DNA from: an uncultured virus (IMG/VR IMGVR_UViG_3300037635_003078)
Taxonomy: Duplodnaviria; Heunggongvirae; Uroviricota; Caudoviricetes
Virus record (IMG/VR): IMGVR_UViG_3300037635_003078
Length of the DNA stretch: 60,712 bases
Direction: 5' to 3' (one strand)
Shown: positions 17,481 to 26,042 of the stretch, piece after piece
Layout: the number at the start of each line of letters is the position of its first letter
How positions within the stretch are numbered: position 1 is the stretch's first letter
Notes under the pieces: generated by a model
Told to the model about the DNA's origin: nothing
The model's input: the letters and a program-made list of their open reading frames with translations, nothing else
Databases searched by the model: none
Made by a program: the position numbers and the translations under genes

Positions 17481-19996
17481 TGTATCAAAATGTATACTTC
17501 GAAAAAGAAAACAACCTCATCCATTGTTGGGATGATGAGAAAGGTTACTTCACATCTAAATACCGTAGATATGCTTACGTTAGAGATGGGAATGGTGCTC
17601 ATACTTCTATTCATGGAGAGAGGCTAAAGAAAATCAACTTTTGGAAGCAAGACGATGGTCTTGAATTATATGAAAGTGATGTAAACGAGATGACACGTTT
17701 TCTGATTGACCAATATGGTGATTCAGATGAGGTATCGAATGGACATACTGTACTTACCTTTGATATTGAGGTAGAGATGAATAGTGGTCTGCCTGATACA
17801 AATGAAGCTAAGAATGCTATGACCTCAGTCGCAGGTCATGATTCGGTGAGTGGTGATTACTTTGTATATGTTGTAAATAAAGGTGAGAAGATTAACAAGA
17901 CCATCAAAGGTGCTACGGTAGAATCGTTCGATACTGAAGAAGGTATGTTGATTGCGTTCCTAAACAAATGGAAAGAAATTAATCCAACTATTATTACTGG
18001 TTGGAACATTGACTTCTTTGATGTCACGTATCTATACAATCGAATGAAGAGAGTATTGGGTGAGTCTACTGCAAATCAATTATCACCAATTGGTAAAGTT
18101 CATTGGAATAAGTATCGTAATCGTTATTTGATTGCTGGAGTATCTGCATTGGACTACATCGCTTTATTCAAGAACTTTACGTATACTGAATATCCAAACT
18201 ACCGATTAGACACTATTGCTCGATTAGAGTTGGGTAGAGGTAAGATTGAGTATGAGGGTAACCTTGACCAATTATTCAGAGATGACTTAGAGAAGTTTAT
18301 TGAGTACAACTTGGTAGATGTTGAGTTAGTTGTTGATATGGACAAGAAACTTCAGTTCATTGATTTAGCTAGAGCAATATGTCACGCAGGTCACGTATTT
18401 TATGAAGACTTCTTATTCTCGTCAAAATGGCTAGAGGGTGCAATGTTAACGTTCCTACGTAGGAGTGGTCGTGTTGCTCCAAACAAACCAAGACGAAGAG
18501 CACGTAATGATGATGGAACTGAGGCTGAAGGTAAGTTTACCGGCGCATATGTAAAAGAACCTAAACCTGGTCTTTACAAATGGGTATATGATTTGGATTT
18601 AACATCACTATATCCATCTATCATTATGACCATCAATATCTCGCCAGAGACAAAGATTGGTAAGTTAAAGAACTATGTGGCTGAAGACCATATGAAGGGT
18701 AAGATTGAAACATATTCAATTATCGATGACGATGGTAATGAGTTTCCTCCATTGGCTAAGGATAAGTTTATGAACTTTATCGAAAAGTCAAACTACTCAG
18801 TTGCTGCTAATGGTGTTCTATATCGTAGAGATAAGGTGGGTGTGATTCCTGAGATTCTTAATGTTTGGTTTGACAAACGTGTGGAATACAAAGACCTTAT
18901 GAAGAAGTATGGTAAGGAAGGTAATGATGAGTTGTATAAGTTCTACTCTCAACGTCAGTTGGTACAAAAGATTATGTTGAACTCCTTATATGGGGTACTT
19001 GGTCTACCATCATTCCGATTCTATGATGTGGATAATGCTGAGGCAACCACAATCACAGGTCAGACTGTAATTAAGACTACCGAGTTGATTGCTAACCAAT
19101 ACTACACAAAGAACATTGGTAAGGAAGCAGATTATAATGTGTATACTGATACGGATTCCGTATTCTATCAGGCAGCACCACTTGTAAAAGCTCGTAATCC
19201 TGAAATCGATGAGAACTCGGATGAACAAATGATTCCAGCAATTCTATCAGTCGCTAAAGAGGTTGAAGAGCACATCAACAAGGTGTATGATATGATGGCA
19301 TTTAAATTGTTCAACGTAGACACTCACCGATTCGACATCAAACAAGAGACTATCGCTAAGGGTGGTTTTTGGGTATCGAAGAAGAGATACGCTCAATGGA
19401 TTATAAATGATAATACCGTTGATTGTGATAAGTTGGATGTGAAGGGGTTAGATGTAAAACGTTCATCATTTCCAGTATACTTCAAAGAGGTAATGTCTAC
19501 TGTACTGATGGATATCCTAAAAGATGAGGACAAGAAGAAGTTGGACGATAAAATCCTAAACTATAAGGATGGGATGACTGACCAACCATTTGTGAATATC
19601 GCAAAGAACTCGGCTGTAAAGGATATGTCTAAGTATAGGTTTAAGGACCAAGCACTTGGTGAGTTCATGAAGGGGACACCTGCTCACGTAAAGGCTGCAC
19701 TTACTTACAACCAACTATTGAAGAAGTTTGATGCTCCTTACAAATACGAACCAATGAAGGATGGTGATAAGATTAAGTGGGTATATCTAAAGAAGAATCC
19801 ACTTGGACTTCAGACTACCGGATTTACTGGTCACTCCGACCCACCTGAGATAAACGCATTCATTGAACAATACATTGACTATGATTTGATTTGGGAGAAG
19901 GAGTTGAATAACAAACTCGATGACTTCTACAAAGCAATGAATTGGGAGAAACCAAATCCCAACCTTGCTGCTGCAGCACAATTTTTCTCATTTTAA
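17480..19996 (+). CDS. Family B DNA polymerase (gp43-like)
   Basis: Exo FDIE, GWNIDFFD, YNLVD; DLDLTSLYPS, KIMLNSLYG, YTDTDS, KKRYA, KGLD. Confidence 0.97.
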   Translation: MYQNVYFEKENNLIHCWDDEKGYFTSKYRRYAYVRDGNGAHTSIHGERLKKINFWKQDDGLELYESDVNEMTRFLIDQYGDSDEVSNGHTVLTFDIEVEMNSGLPDTNEAKNAMTSVAGHDSVSGDYFVYVVNKGEKINKTIKGATVESFDTEEGMLIAFLNKWKEINPTIITGWNIDFFDVTYLYNRMKRVLGESTANQLSPIGKVHWNKYRNRYLIAGVSALDYIALFKNFTYTEYPNYRLDTIARLELGRGKIEYEGNLDQLFRDDLEKFIEYNLVDVELVVDMDKKLQFIDLARAICHAGHVFYEDFLFSSKWLEGAMLTFLRRSGRVAPNKPRRRARNDDGTEAEGKFTGAYVKEPKPGLYKWVYDLDLTSLYPSIIMTINISPETKIGKLKNYVAEDHMKGKIETYSIIDDDGNEFPPLAKDKFMNFIEKSNYSVAANGVLYRRDKVGVIPEILNVWFDKRVEYKDLMKKYGKEGNDELYKFYSQRQLVQKIMLNSLYGVLGLPSFRFYDVDNAEATTITGQTVIKTTELIANQYYTKNIGKEADYNVYTDTDSVFYQAAPLVKARNPEIDENSDEQMIPAILSVAKEVEEHINKVYDMMAFKLFNVDTHRFDIKQETIAKGGFWVSKKRYAQWIINDNTVDCDKLDVKGLDVKRSSFPVYFKEVMSTVLMDILKDEDKKKLDDKILNYKDGMTDQPFVNIAKNSAVKDMSKYRFKDQALGEFMKGTPAHVKAALTYNQLLKKFDAPYKYEPMKDGDKIKWVYLKKNPLGLQTTGFTGHSDPPEINAFIEQYIDYDLIWEKELNNKLDDFYKAMNWEKPNPNLAAAAQFFSF

Positions 19997-20028
19997 TTTG
20001 GATAGTCCAATTTAATTTCGTATATTAG
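19997..20028 (+). promoter_or_regulatory. Promoter TTTG-N20-TATATTAG
   Basis: TTTG 19997-20000, TATATTAG 20021-20028, upstream of the clamp. Confidence 0.75.
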
Positions 20029-20052
20029 TATAATAAATAACAAATAATAACA

Positions 20053-20748
20053 ATGAAAAAGAATTCTATTGAAGGTTTCATCTCTCGTTACAACTTGGGT
20101 GGTGAAGTGGAGTCAGTAAAAGTTAATTCTACTGACGCCGGAATGCAAGTTTCATTCATCTCTGATGACAAAACTCTATTGGGTACTGTTGAGAGTGAAG
20201 AGACTGGTTTTCCAAATGGAGAGTATGGGGTTTATACCACATCTCAATTAAAAGGTCTACTTGGTGTATTGGGTAGTCAAGTTGATGTATCCGAAGGTAC
20301 GGCTGCATTGGTATTCTCTGATGGTAAAACTTCAGTAAACTATATGTTGGCTGACCTCTCAGTTATTCCAGTAGTACCTGAACTAAAACAACTTCCACCA
20401 TTTACATCTAATGTAACTATGGATGGTGATTTCATCGCTACCTTTACAAAAGCTAAGGGTGCTATGTCTGATTCAGACACGTTTACATTTACGTGTAAAG
20501 AAAACAAAGGTGAGGTAATTTTAGGTTACTCTAAAATCAACTCTAACCGAATCTCTATGAATGTCGAGTGTACGTGTGAAAGTGATGTTGAACCAATTTC
20601 ATTCTCAGCTAAGTACTTGAAAGAGATTCTAAGTGCTAATCGTGGTGCTAAGTCATCTTCTTTGAAGATTTCACCACAAGGTCTTGCTCACGTTGCATTT
20701 GAGCATGATGGATTCAAGTCTAATTACTATTTAGTAGAGATTAAGTAA
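20053..20748 (+). CDS. Sliding clamp (gp45/PCNA-like)
   Basis: 231-aa beta-rich protein with PCNA-like FSAKYLKEIL and YYLV C-terminal pattern; lies between PolB and the clamp loader. Confidence 0.75.
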   Translation: MKKNSIEGFISRYNLGGEVESVKVNSTDAGMQVSFISDDKTLLGTVESEETGFPNGEYGVYTTSQLKGLLGVLGSQVDVSEGTAALVFSDGKTSVNYMLADLSVIPVVPELKQLPPFTSNVTMDGDFIATFTKAKGAMSDSDTFTFTCKENKGEVILGYSKINSNRISMNVECTCESDVEPISFSAKYLKEILSANRGAKSSSLKISPQGLAHVAFEHDGFKSNYYLVEIK

Positions 20749-20749
20749 T

Positions 20750-21940
20750 ATGCAGTTTTGGGACACAGAACCAACGAAGCCGGTGTTTGACTATAATGTT
20801 GAGAAAGAAAAGTTCATTGAGAATATGGACTACCTTTCGTCAATGTCAGTAGAAGAGCAGACGCTTTACAAAAAGTGGGATGAGTGGAATTCAGACTTAC
20901 CAACTTCAATGAAACGGAAAGCCGCAATGGCTCAGTATATTGACCAACTATGGTCACCTACTGACATTACGAACAAGGACCAAACAATCAAAGAGATTGA
21001 GGACCTTGACCCATACGTTGAGATTGTAACTGACTCCAAAGAATCCACTCGTTGGACTGAAATCCGTAAGTTAATCCATACAATGTCATTCACTGCTAAT
21101 CCAGGTCGTAATGTAAAGATGTACATTAAAGACCGAGTAAGTGGTAAGATGTTGGGGTTGGTTTCTTTGGGTTCTGATGTCACTTCATTGGGAGTTAGGG
21201 ATAACTATATAGGATGGACTAAGGAGAACAAATTCCAAGATGGTAGATTGAATCACACTACAATAGCAAGTACTATTGTGTGTACTCAACCATTAGGATA
21301 TAACTTCTTAGGTGGTAAGTTAGTAGCCTGTATGACTACATCTCCAGTCGTTCGTGAACATTGGAAAGAAAAGTACGGACAAGAACTTATTGCAGTAGGT
21401 ACTACTTCACTATATGGTATCCACTCTCAATATAATGGTATTCCACATTTCAAAACATTGGGTGAGTCAGCTGGTAAAGTTGCTACCAAGCCAGATGATT
21501 CAGTTTATGATGTATGGCATCAATGGTTAAAAGAAAACCAGCCAGATGAGTATGCTAGACACACAACTCAGAAGGATGGGATTGCTGGACCTGTATCAGG
21601 TGTAAAGCAACGTATCCTATCAATGATATTCAAAGAATTGGGTATTAAACAAAGTCATTATATGCATGGATTCAAACGAGGTGTATACTTCGCTATGATG
21701 TATGATAATGGAAATGAGTTTCTTCGTAATGAGATTGGCGAAAGTGAATTGAAACTAAAGAAGAAGTTTGAGGAAGGTGACGATTATACTATGAGGTGGT
21801 GGAAGAAGAAGGCTATTAAACGATACTCTAAACTATTTGATGAGGGTCGTATTAAACCAGAACCATTATTTTATCTTGACATCATTGGTATGTCTTGGGA
21901 AGAAGCAAAAAAACAATACTTAAAAGAAGTAGGACGATGA
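20750..21940 (+). CDS. DUF4338 / Druantia DruA-like protein
   Basis: PGRN, LG.VSLGSD....RDNYIGW, QPLGYNFLGGKL, TTSLYG..SQY motifs. Confidence 0.7.
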   Translation: MQFWDTEPTKPVFDYNVEKEKFIENMDYLSSMSVEEQTLYKKWDEWNSDLPTSMKRKAAMAQYIDQLWSPTDITNKDQTIKEIEDLDPYVEIVTDSKESTRWTEIRKLIHTMSFTANPGRNVKMYIKDRVSGKMLGLVSLGSDVTSLGVRDNYIGWTKENKFQDGRLNHTTIASTIVCTQPLGYNFLGGKLVACMTTSPVVREHWKEKYGQELIAVGTTSLYGIHSQYNGIPHFKTLGESAGKVATKPDDSVYDVWHQWLKENQPDEYARHTTQKDGIAGPVSGVKQRILSMIFKELGIKQSHYMHGFKRGVYFAMMYDNGNEFLRNEIGESELKLKKKFEEGDDYTMRWWKKKAIKRYSKLFDEGRIKPEPLFYLDIIGMSWEEAKKQYLKEVGR

Positions 21941-22857
21941 GTAATTCACTATGGGTTGAGAAGTATCGACCAGACACATTAGAAGGTTATGTAGGTAACG
22001 ACCATATCCTTGAGAAGGTAAAGATTTATATCGAGAATGATGACGTACCACACTTACTACTTTATGGAGTAGCAGGTACTGGTAAAACCACTCTCGCTAA
22101 AATCATTACAAACCAAATTGATTGTGATGTTATGTACATTAACGCATCTGATGAAAACTCAGTAGATGCAGTTAGGGATAAGATTAGAGGGTTCGCATCA
22201 TCTATGGGATTCCGTAAGTGGAAAGTTGTAATATTAGATGAGTCTGATTACTTAACACCAAACGCACAAGCAGCACTCCGTAATCTTATGGAGACATTCA
22301 GTAAGTCAACACGATTTATCTTAACGTGTAACTATGTGGAGAAGGTAATCGACCCTATCCAATCAAGATGTCAAACATTTGCTATTGCACCTCCATCAAA
22401 GAAGGAAGTAGCTAAACGTTTACACCAAATCTTAAATAAAGAAAGTGTTACGTTTAACAACGAAGACCTTGCCGTGTTGGTGAATAGTGGATATCCTGAT
22501 ATTCGTAGAGTACTAAACGCAGCACAACGTCAAGTTGTCAAGGGTGAGTTAAAGATTGATACCACATCTACTGTACAAGCTAATTACACCGATAATGTAA
22601 TTAAGGTTTTACAAAAAAGTGGTGACATCAAAGAACAATTCACGGAAATCAGACAAATCATCAATGATTCAAAATTAAAGGATTTTACACCATTGTATCG
22701 TTCTCTTTATGACGAGGTAGATAACTACGCAAGTGGTAAAGTGGGTCAGACTATCTTAAACATCGCAGATGGTCAGTACAAAGACGCAATGGTAGTTGAT
22801 AAGGAAATCAACGTAATGGCGATGATGTTAAATATATTAATAACAATAGGAAAGTAA
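21937..22857 (+). CDS. Clamp loader AAA+ subunit (RFC/gp44-like)
   Basis: LWVEKYRP, GVAGTGKT, INASD, ILDESD, IQSRC. Start placed at ATG 21937. Confidence 0.95.
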   Translation: MSNSLWVEKYRPDTLEGYVGNDHILEKVKIYIENDDVPHLLLYGVAGTGKTTLAKIITNQIDCDVMYINASDENSVDAVRDKIRGFASSMGFRKWKVVILDESDYLTPNAQAALRNLMETFSKSTRFILTCNYVEKVIDPIQSRCQTFAIAPPSKKEVAKRLHQILNKESVTFNNEDLAVLVNSGYPDIRRVLNAAQRQVVKGELKIDTTSTVQANYTDNVIKVLQKSGDIKEQFTEIRQIINDSKLKDFTPLYRSLYDEVDNYASGKVGQTILNIADGQYKDAMVVDKEINVMAMMLNILITIGK

Positions 22858-22860
22858 ATT

Positions 22861-23031
22861 ATGGCAAATTCAAACGAATTATTCGAACAAATGACCGAGC
22901 TATTTGCAGACTTCACCGAGTCTCACAATGGAACGACTAAGAAGTCATCTACCCAAGCTAGAAAAGCAATTGGTGAGTTGAAGAAATTAGTTACTGAGTA
23001 TCGTAAGGCTTCGGTAGAAGAAAACAAGTAA
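22861..23031 (+). CDS. Histone H1-like Hc1-family small protein (not in the ORF track)
   Basis: Own translation: MANSNELFEQMTELFADFTESHNGTTKKSSTQARKAIGELKKLVTEYRKASVEENK. The ARKA..EL.KL..EYRKAS pattern is Hc1-like. Confidence 0.7.
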   Translation: MANSNELFEQMTELFADFTESHNGTTKKSSTQARKAIGELKKLVTEYRKASVEENK

Positions 23032-23034
23032 GTT

Positions 23035-23325
23035 ATGGCTAAGAAAAAAGGTAAAGTAGTAAGTATGGGTGGTCCATCTAATGCACAACCAGCACCGCAA
23101 ATACAATTAGACCCATTCAAGTTACCAACAGTAACTTGTCCTAATTGTGATGGTATATTTTTTACGGAAGTTTCCATGTACAAGGAAGTGCCAGCAGTTC
23201 AGTCACCATCAGGTCAAGCATCCATGTTACCTATTCCCGTAGTCATTTGTAATGAATGTGGGACAGTACATCCAAAGTTCACTCCAAAAGAGTTTTTTGA
23301 AGATGGCGGAAGCAAAGAAAGCTAA
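23035..23325 (+). CDS. Small zinc-ribbon protein
   Basis: CPNC...CNECG. Confidence 0.65.
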   Translation: MAKKKGKVVSMGGPSNAQPAPQIQLDPFKLPTVTCPNCDGIFFTEVSMYKEVPAVQSPSGQASMLPIPVVICNECGTVHPKFTPKEFFEDGGSKES

Positions 23326-23743
23326 GACCTTATTTCAACACCTTTCGGGAATAAAGGAGAAGAAAACATCTTGGGAGTCCCTTTCAGTTATGGACAAAAA
23401 GAGTTTCGAACCATATATGGTAAATAGATTTCTATCTATGAATATGGGTCTTCTTGAGTTGGTCAATGAGTTACAACAATATACCATTGGCCAACTCTCA
23501 CCGAAAGATGTATACAAGTTATACTTGGATGTCTTACCTAAGAAAAAGTCATTCGACAAGTATATAAAAGCAAAGGGTGGTGACAAGTATAATGATAAGG
23601 TATTGAGTTACTTGACACGATACTTCGAAGTATCAGAACGTGAAGTTAAGGATTATCTTGAAATTTTATCAAAAGATGAAGTAATTGAGATTATTCAAAA
23701 GTTTGGTGTAGATAAAAAAGACATAAAAAAATGGCTGAAATAA
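23303..23743 (+). CDS. Clamp loader small subunit (gp62-like)
   Basis: FEPYMVNRFLSM...VNE and KYIK...YFEVS..E...YL patterns. Start placed at ATG 23303. Confidence 0.7.
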   Translation: MAEAKKAKTLFQHLSGIKEKKTSWESLSVMDKKSFEPYMVNRFLSMNMGLLELVNELQQYTIGQLSPKDVYKLYLDVLPKKKSFDKYIKAKGGDKYNDKVLSYLTRYFEVSEREVKDYLEILSKDEVIEIIQKFGVDKKDIKKWLK

Positions 23744-24141
23744 TAAAAGAAGCAAAGACTAAAGTTGAGTGGGTTAATGAAGAAGAAAGACCCATATATG
23801 GTGAGATGACCGCAAGAGAATTTTGTGAGGATACTTATCCTGAAATGATGGAAGAGTACAAAAGAATCATGTGGGAACAATACGAGACCTTTTGTAAAAA
23901 ACAACGAAACTACGGACCAGGTAACATCTCGGTTGGAACTCCGTTGGAGACAAAAGATGACGTAAAATTATCACTAACCGGATTATGGTTTAGAATGAAC
24001 GATAAGGTTCAGAGACTAAAACAACTCGTAGTATTAGGTCAGCCAGATGAGGTTGGTGAATCACTACAAGATACCTATGCAGATTTATCAGTATATGGTA
24101 TCATTGCCCAATTAGTCCAAAACGGAAAATGGGCAAAGTAA
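23731..24141 (+). CDS. DUF1599 / nucleotide-modification-associated domain protein (all-alpha NTP-PPase-like)
   Basis: KKQRNYG...RMNDKVQRL...ESLQDTYADLSVYGII. Confidence 0.7.
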   Translation: MAEIIKEAKTKVEWVNEEERPIYGEMTAREFCEDTYPEMMEEYKRIMWEQYETFCKKQRNYGPGNISVGTPLETKDDVKLSLTGLWFRMNDKVQRLKQLVVLGQPDEVGESLQDTYADLSVYGIIAQLVQNGKWAK

Positions 24142-24151
24142 TTGTTAAAAC

Positions 24152-24206
24152 TTAACAATTTAATAACATTAAAATTTGGTGGTTCCGCCATAATTTTGTA
24201 TATTAG
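24152..24206 (+). promoter_or_regulatory. TTAACA-N5-ATAACA box plus promoter TTTG-N20-TATATTAG
   Basis: TTAACA 24152, ATAACA 24163, TTTG 24175-24178, TATATTAG 24199-24206, ATG 24212. Confidence 0.72.
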
Positions 24207-24211
24207 AGTAT

Positions 24212-25147
24212 ATGAAAAAGTCAGAAGTATCAAATGTGTTTAACCTCTCCATACGAGAAGACGTAGGTGGGGTTTCCAAAGTATCATACTCCCAATATAC
24301 GATGTGGGCGAACTGCCCTAAACAATGGAAGTTAACCTATATGGATGGTCACAAAGACTTTGACCCATCCATTCACCTTGTCTTTGGTACTGCCATGCAC
24401 GAGACTCTTCAAGAGTGGTTACAAATCTTGTATAAGGATGGGCCTACTGAAGCAGATAAACTCGACTTGGGTCAGTTGTTATTAACTTCAATGGCTAATG
24501 AGTACAAATCAATGTCAGAACGATATGGTTCATTCACAACCAAAGCTGAGATGAACGAGTTCTACGATGATGGTATTCAAATCATTGACTACATCAAAAA
24601 GAATCGTACTGATTACTTCTCAACTAAGAAGTTAAGCTTGAGGGGTGTAGAGTTACCAATCTTCCACGAGACCTCAAACAAAAACATTATGATGAAGGGA
24701 TTCATCGATTTAGTGTTTGAAGACCAAGATGGTATCATAGAGATTTGGGATATCAAGACATCTACAAGAGGATGGAATGAGTATCAGAAGAAAGATAAAA
24801 CCAAGACTGCTCAATTAGTTCTATATAAGAAGTTCTTCTCAGAACAATACGGATGGCCTATCGACAAGATTCAAGTCAGATACTTTATTGTAAAACGTAA
24901 GTTGTGGGAAGAAGCAATGTTTGCTCAGAAGAGAGTTCAAGAGTTTGTACCTGCTCATGGTAGTATTACAATGAGAAACGTATCAACATCATTCGATGAT
25001 TTTATATCTAAATCATTCAATGAAGATGGGTCATATAATACTGAAGGTGAGTTTCCTGCTATCGCAGGTAAGAACTCCAAGAATTGTAAGTATTGTCCTT
25101 TCAAGAAAAGTGAGTTGTGTAATCGTAAGGAAAGAATCAAATCCTAA
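24212..25147 (+). CDS. PD-(D/E)XK nuclease, Cas4/RecB-like
   Basis: SYSQ...CP, GTAMH, GFIDLV, DIKTS, QL.LY, CKYCPF...C (Fe-S ligands). Confidence 0.88.
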   Translation: MKKSEVSNVFNLSIREDVGGVSKVSYSQYTMWANCPKQWKLTYMDGHKDFDPSIHLVFGTAMHETLQEWLQILYKDGPTEADKLDLGQLLLTSMANEYKSMSERYGSFTTKAEMNEFYDDGIQIIDYIKKNRTDYFSTKKLSLRGVELPIFHETSNKNIMMKGFIDLVFEDQDGIIEIWDIKTSTRGWNEYQKKDKTKTAQLVLYKKFFSEQYGWPIDKIQVRYFIVKRKLWEEAMFAQKRVQEFVPAHGSITMRNVSTSFDDFISKSFNEDGSYNTEGEFPAIAGKNSKNCKYCPFKKSELCNRKERIKS

Positions 25148-25150
25148 TAT

Positions 25151-25681
25151 ATGAGAAAGTTACTATTAGTACCTGCTATTTTATTAATTTCAGCTACCTA
25201 CATGATTAAAAAAAAGGAATCTTTAATTAATATTCCTTTAAAAGAAATTAACCAAATCGAAGTAACACCCCCAAATGTACAATTAGCACCCGTTTCGTTA
25301 AGAAACCTAAACGATTTAGTAGAAGCAATCATTTGGGTAGAAAGTCGTGGTGACACGTCTGCATATTGTAAAAAAGAAGATGCTGTTGGTGTTCTTCAAA
25401 TTAGACCAATAATGTTAAAAGAAGTTAACCGAATTTTGGATTTAAAAGGTTCAGGTTACATATTTACATTAGAAGACCGATGGAGTAGAGATAAATCTAT
25501 TCAAATGTTTAACATAGTTGCAAATTATTATCACGAAACAAGTTCATATGAAAAAATCGCTAGGTGTTGGAATGGTGGTCCGAAGGGATTACAAAAAAAA
25601 CAAACCAAGAAGTATTGGAGGAAGGTTCAAAAAAGACTCAAAAAATATGAGAATAGCACTGCTGGGGAGCCCAACGTATGA
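25151..25681 (+). CDS. Lytic transglycosylase / lysozyme-like protein with N-terminal hydrophobic segment
   Basis: IWVESRG, AVGVLQI, ARCWNGG. Confidence 0.8.
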   Translation: MRKLLLVPAILLISATYMIKKKESLINIPLKEINQIEVTPPNVQLAPVSLRNLNDLVEAIIWVESRGDTSAYCKKEDAVGVLQIRPIMLKEVNRILDLKGSGYIFTLEDRWSRDKSIQMFNIVANYYHETSSYEKIARCWNGGPKGLQKKQTKKYWRKVQKRLKKYENSTAGEPNV

Positions 25682-26042
25682 GAATAGGGGTGAAGTAAAA
25701 GAACTCGTTTGGAATCTAAAACAAAAATTTGGAGAAGAATTAATACTAATAACACGTGGAAATACTGATGGTATAGAAAAATGGGTACGTAAGTTCTCAT
25801 TAGAATTAGGTGTTAAGTATATAGAGTATAATCCAGCACATACTATAATGTCATTATATAGTGGCATGGAATCTGAATATTATGGTAAGCCATATCACCC
25901 AACTCAGCCTTTACATCAATATGATTGTGTAGTCAGAGGTTCAGATAAGTTATACTTCTTTGGGGAAATTAAAAAAAATGAATTCAACCATTTTAAACGA
26001 GTATTAAGTCGTAATGGTAAAACTGCTAAATTTATACAATGA
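25647..26042 (+). CDS. SLOG/YspA-like (DUF2493-type) protein
   Basis: MRIALLGS..Y, ITRG..DG.E Rossmann-like start. Start placed at ATG 25647. Confidence 0.55.
   Translation: MRIALLGSPTYENRGEVKELVWNLKQKFGEELILITRGNTDGIEKWVRKFSLELGVKYIEYNPAHTIMSLYSGMESEYYGKPYHPTQPLHQYDCVVRGSDKLYFFGEIKKNEFNHFKRVLSRNGKTAKFIQ

Noticed and set aside
7137..19996. Inteins or introns in helicase, RNR or PolB
   Set aside because: The ORFs are uninterrupted, of ordinary length, and show no splicing or LAGLIDADG motifs.
20750..21940. Complete Druantia defence system
   Set aside because: Only a DruA-like gene is present; there is no DruE helicase or other partner.
1..25147. Eukaryotic giant virus (NCLDV) or archaeal origin suggested by PCNA/RFC/PolB-like genes
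   Set aside because: The gp32-like SSB, RecA, DnaB-like helicase, peptidoglycan hydrolases and Bacteroidota promoters indicate a bacteriophage.
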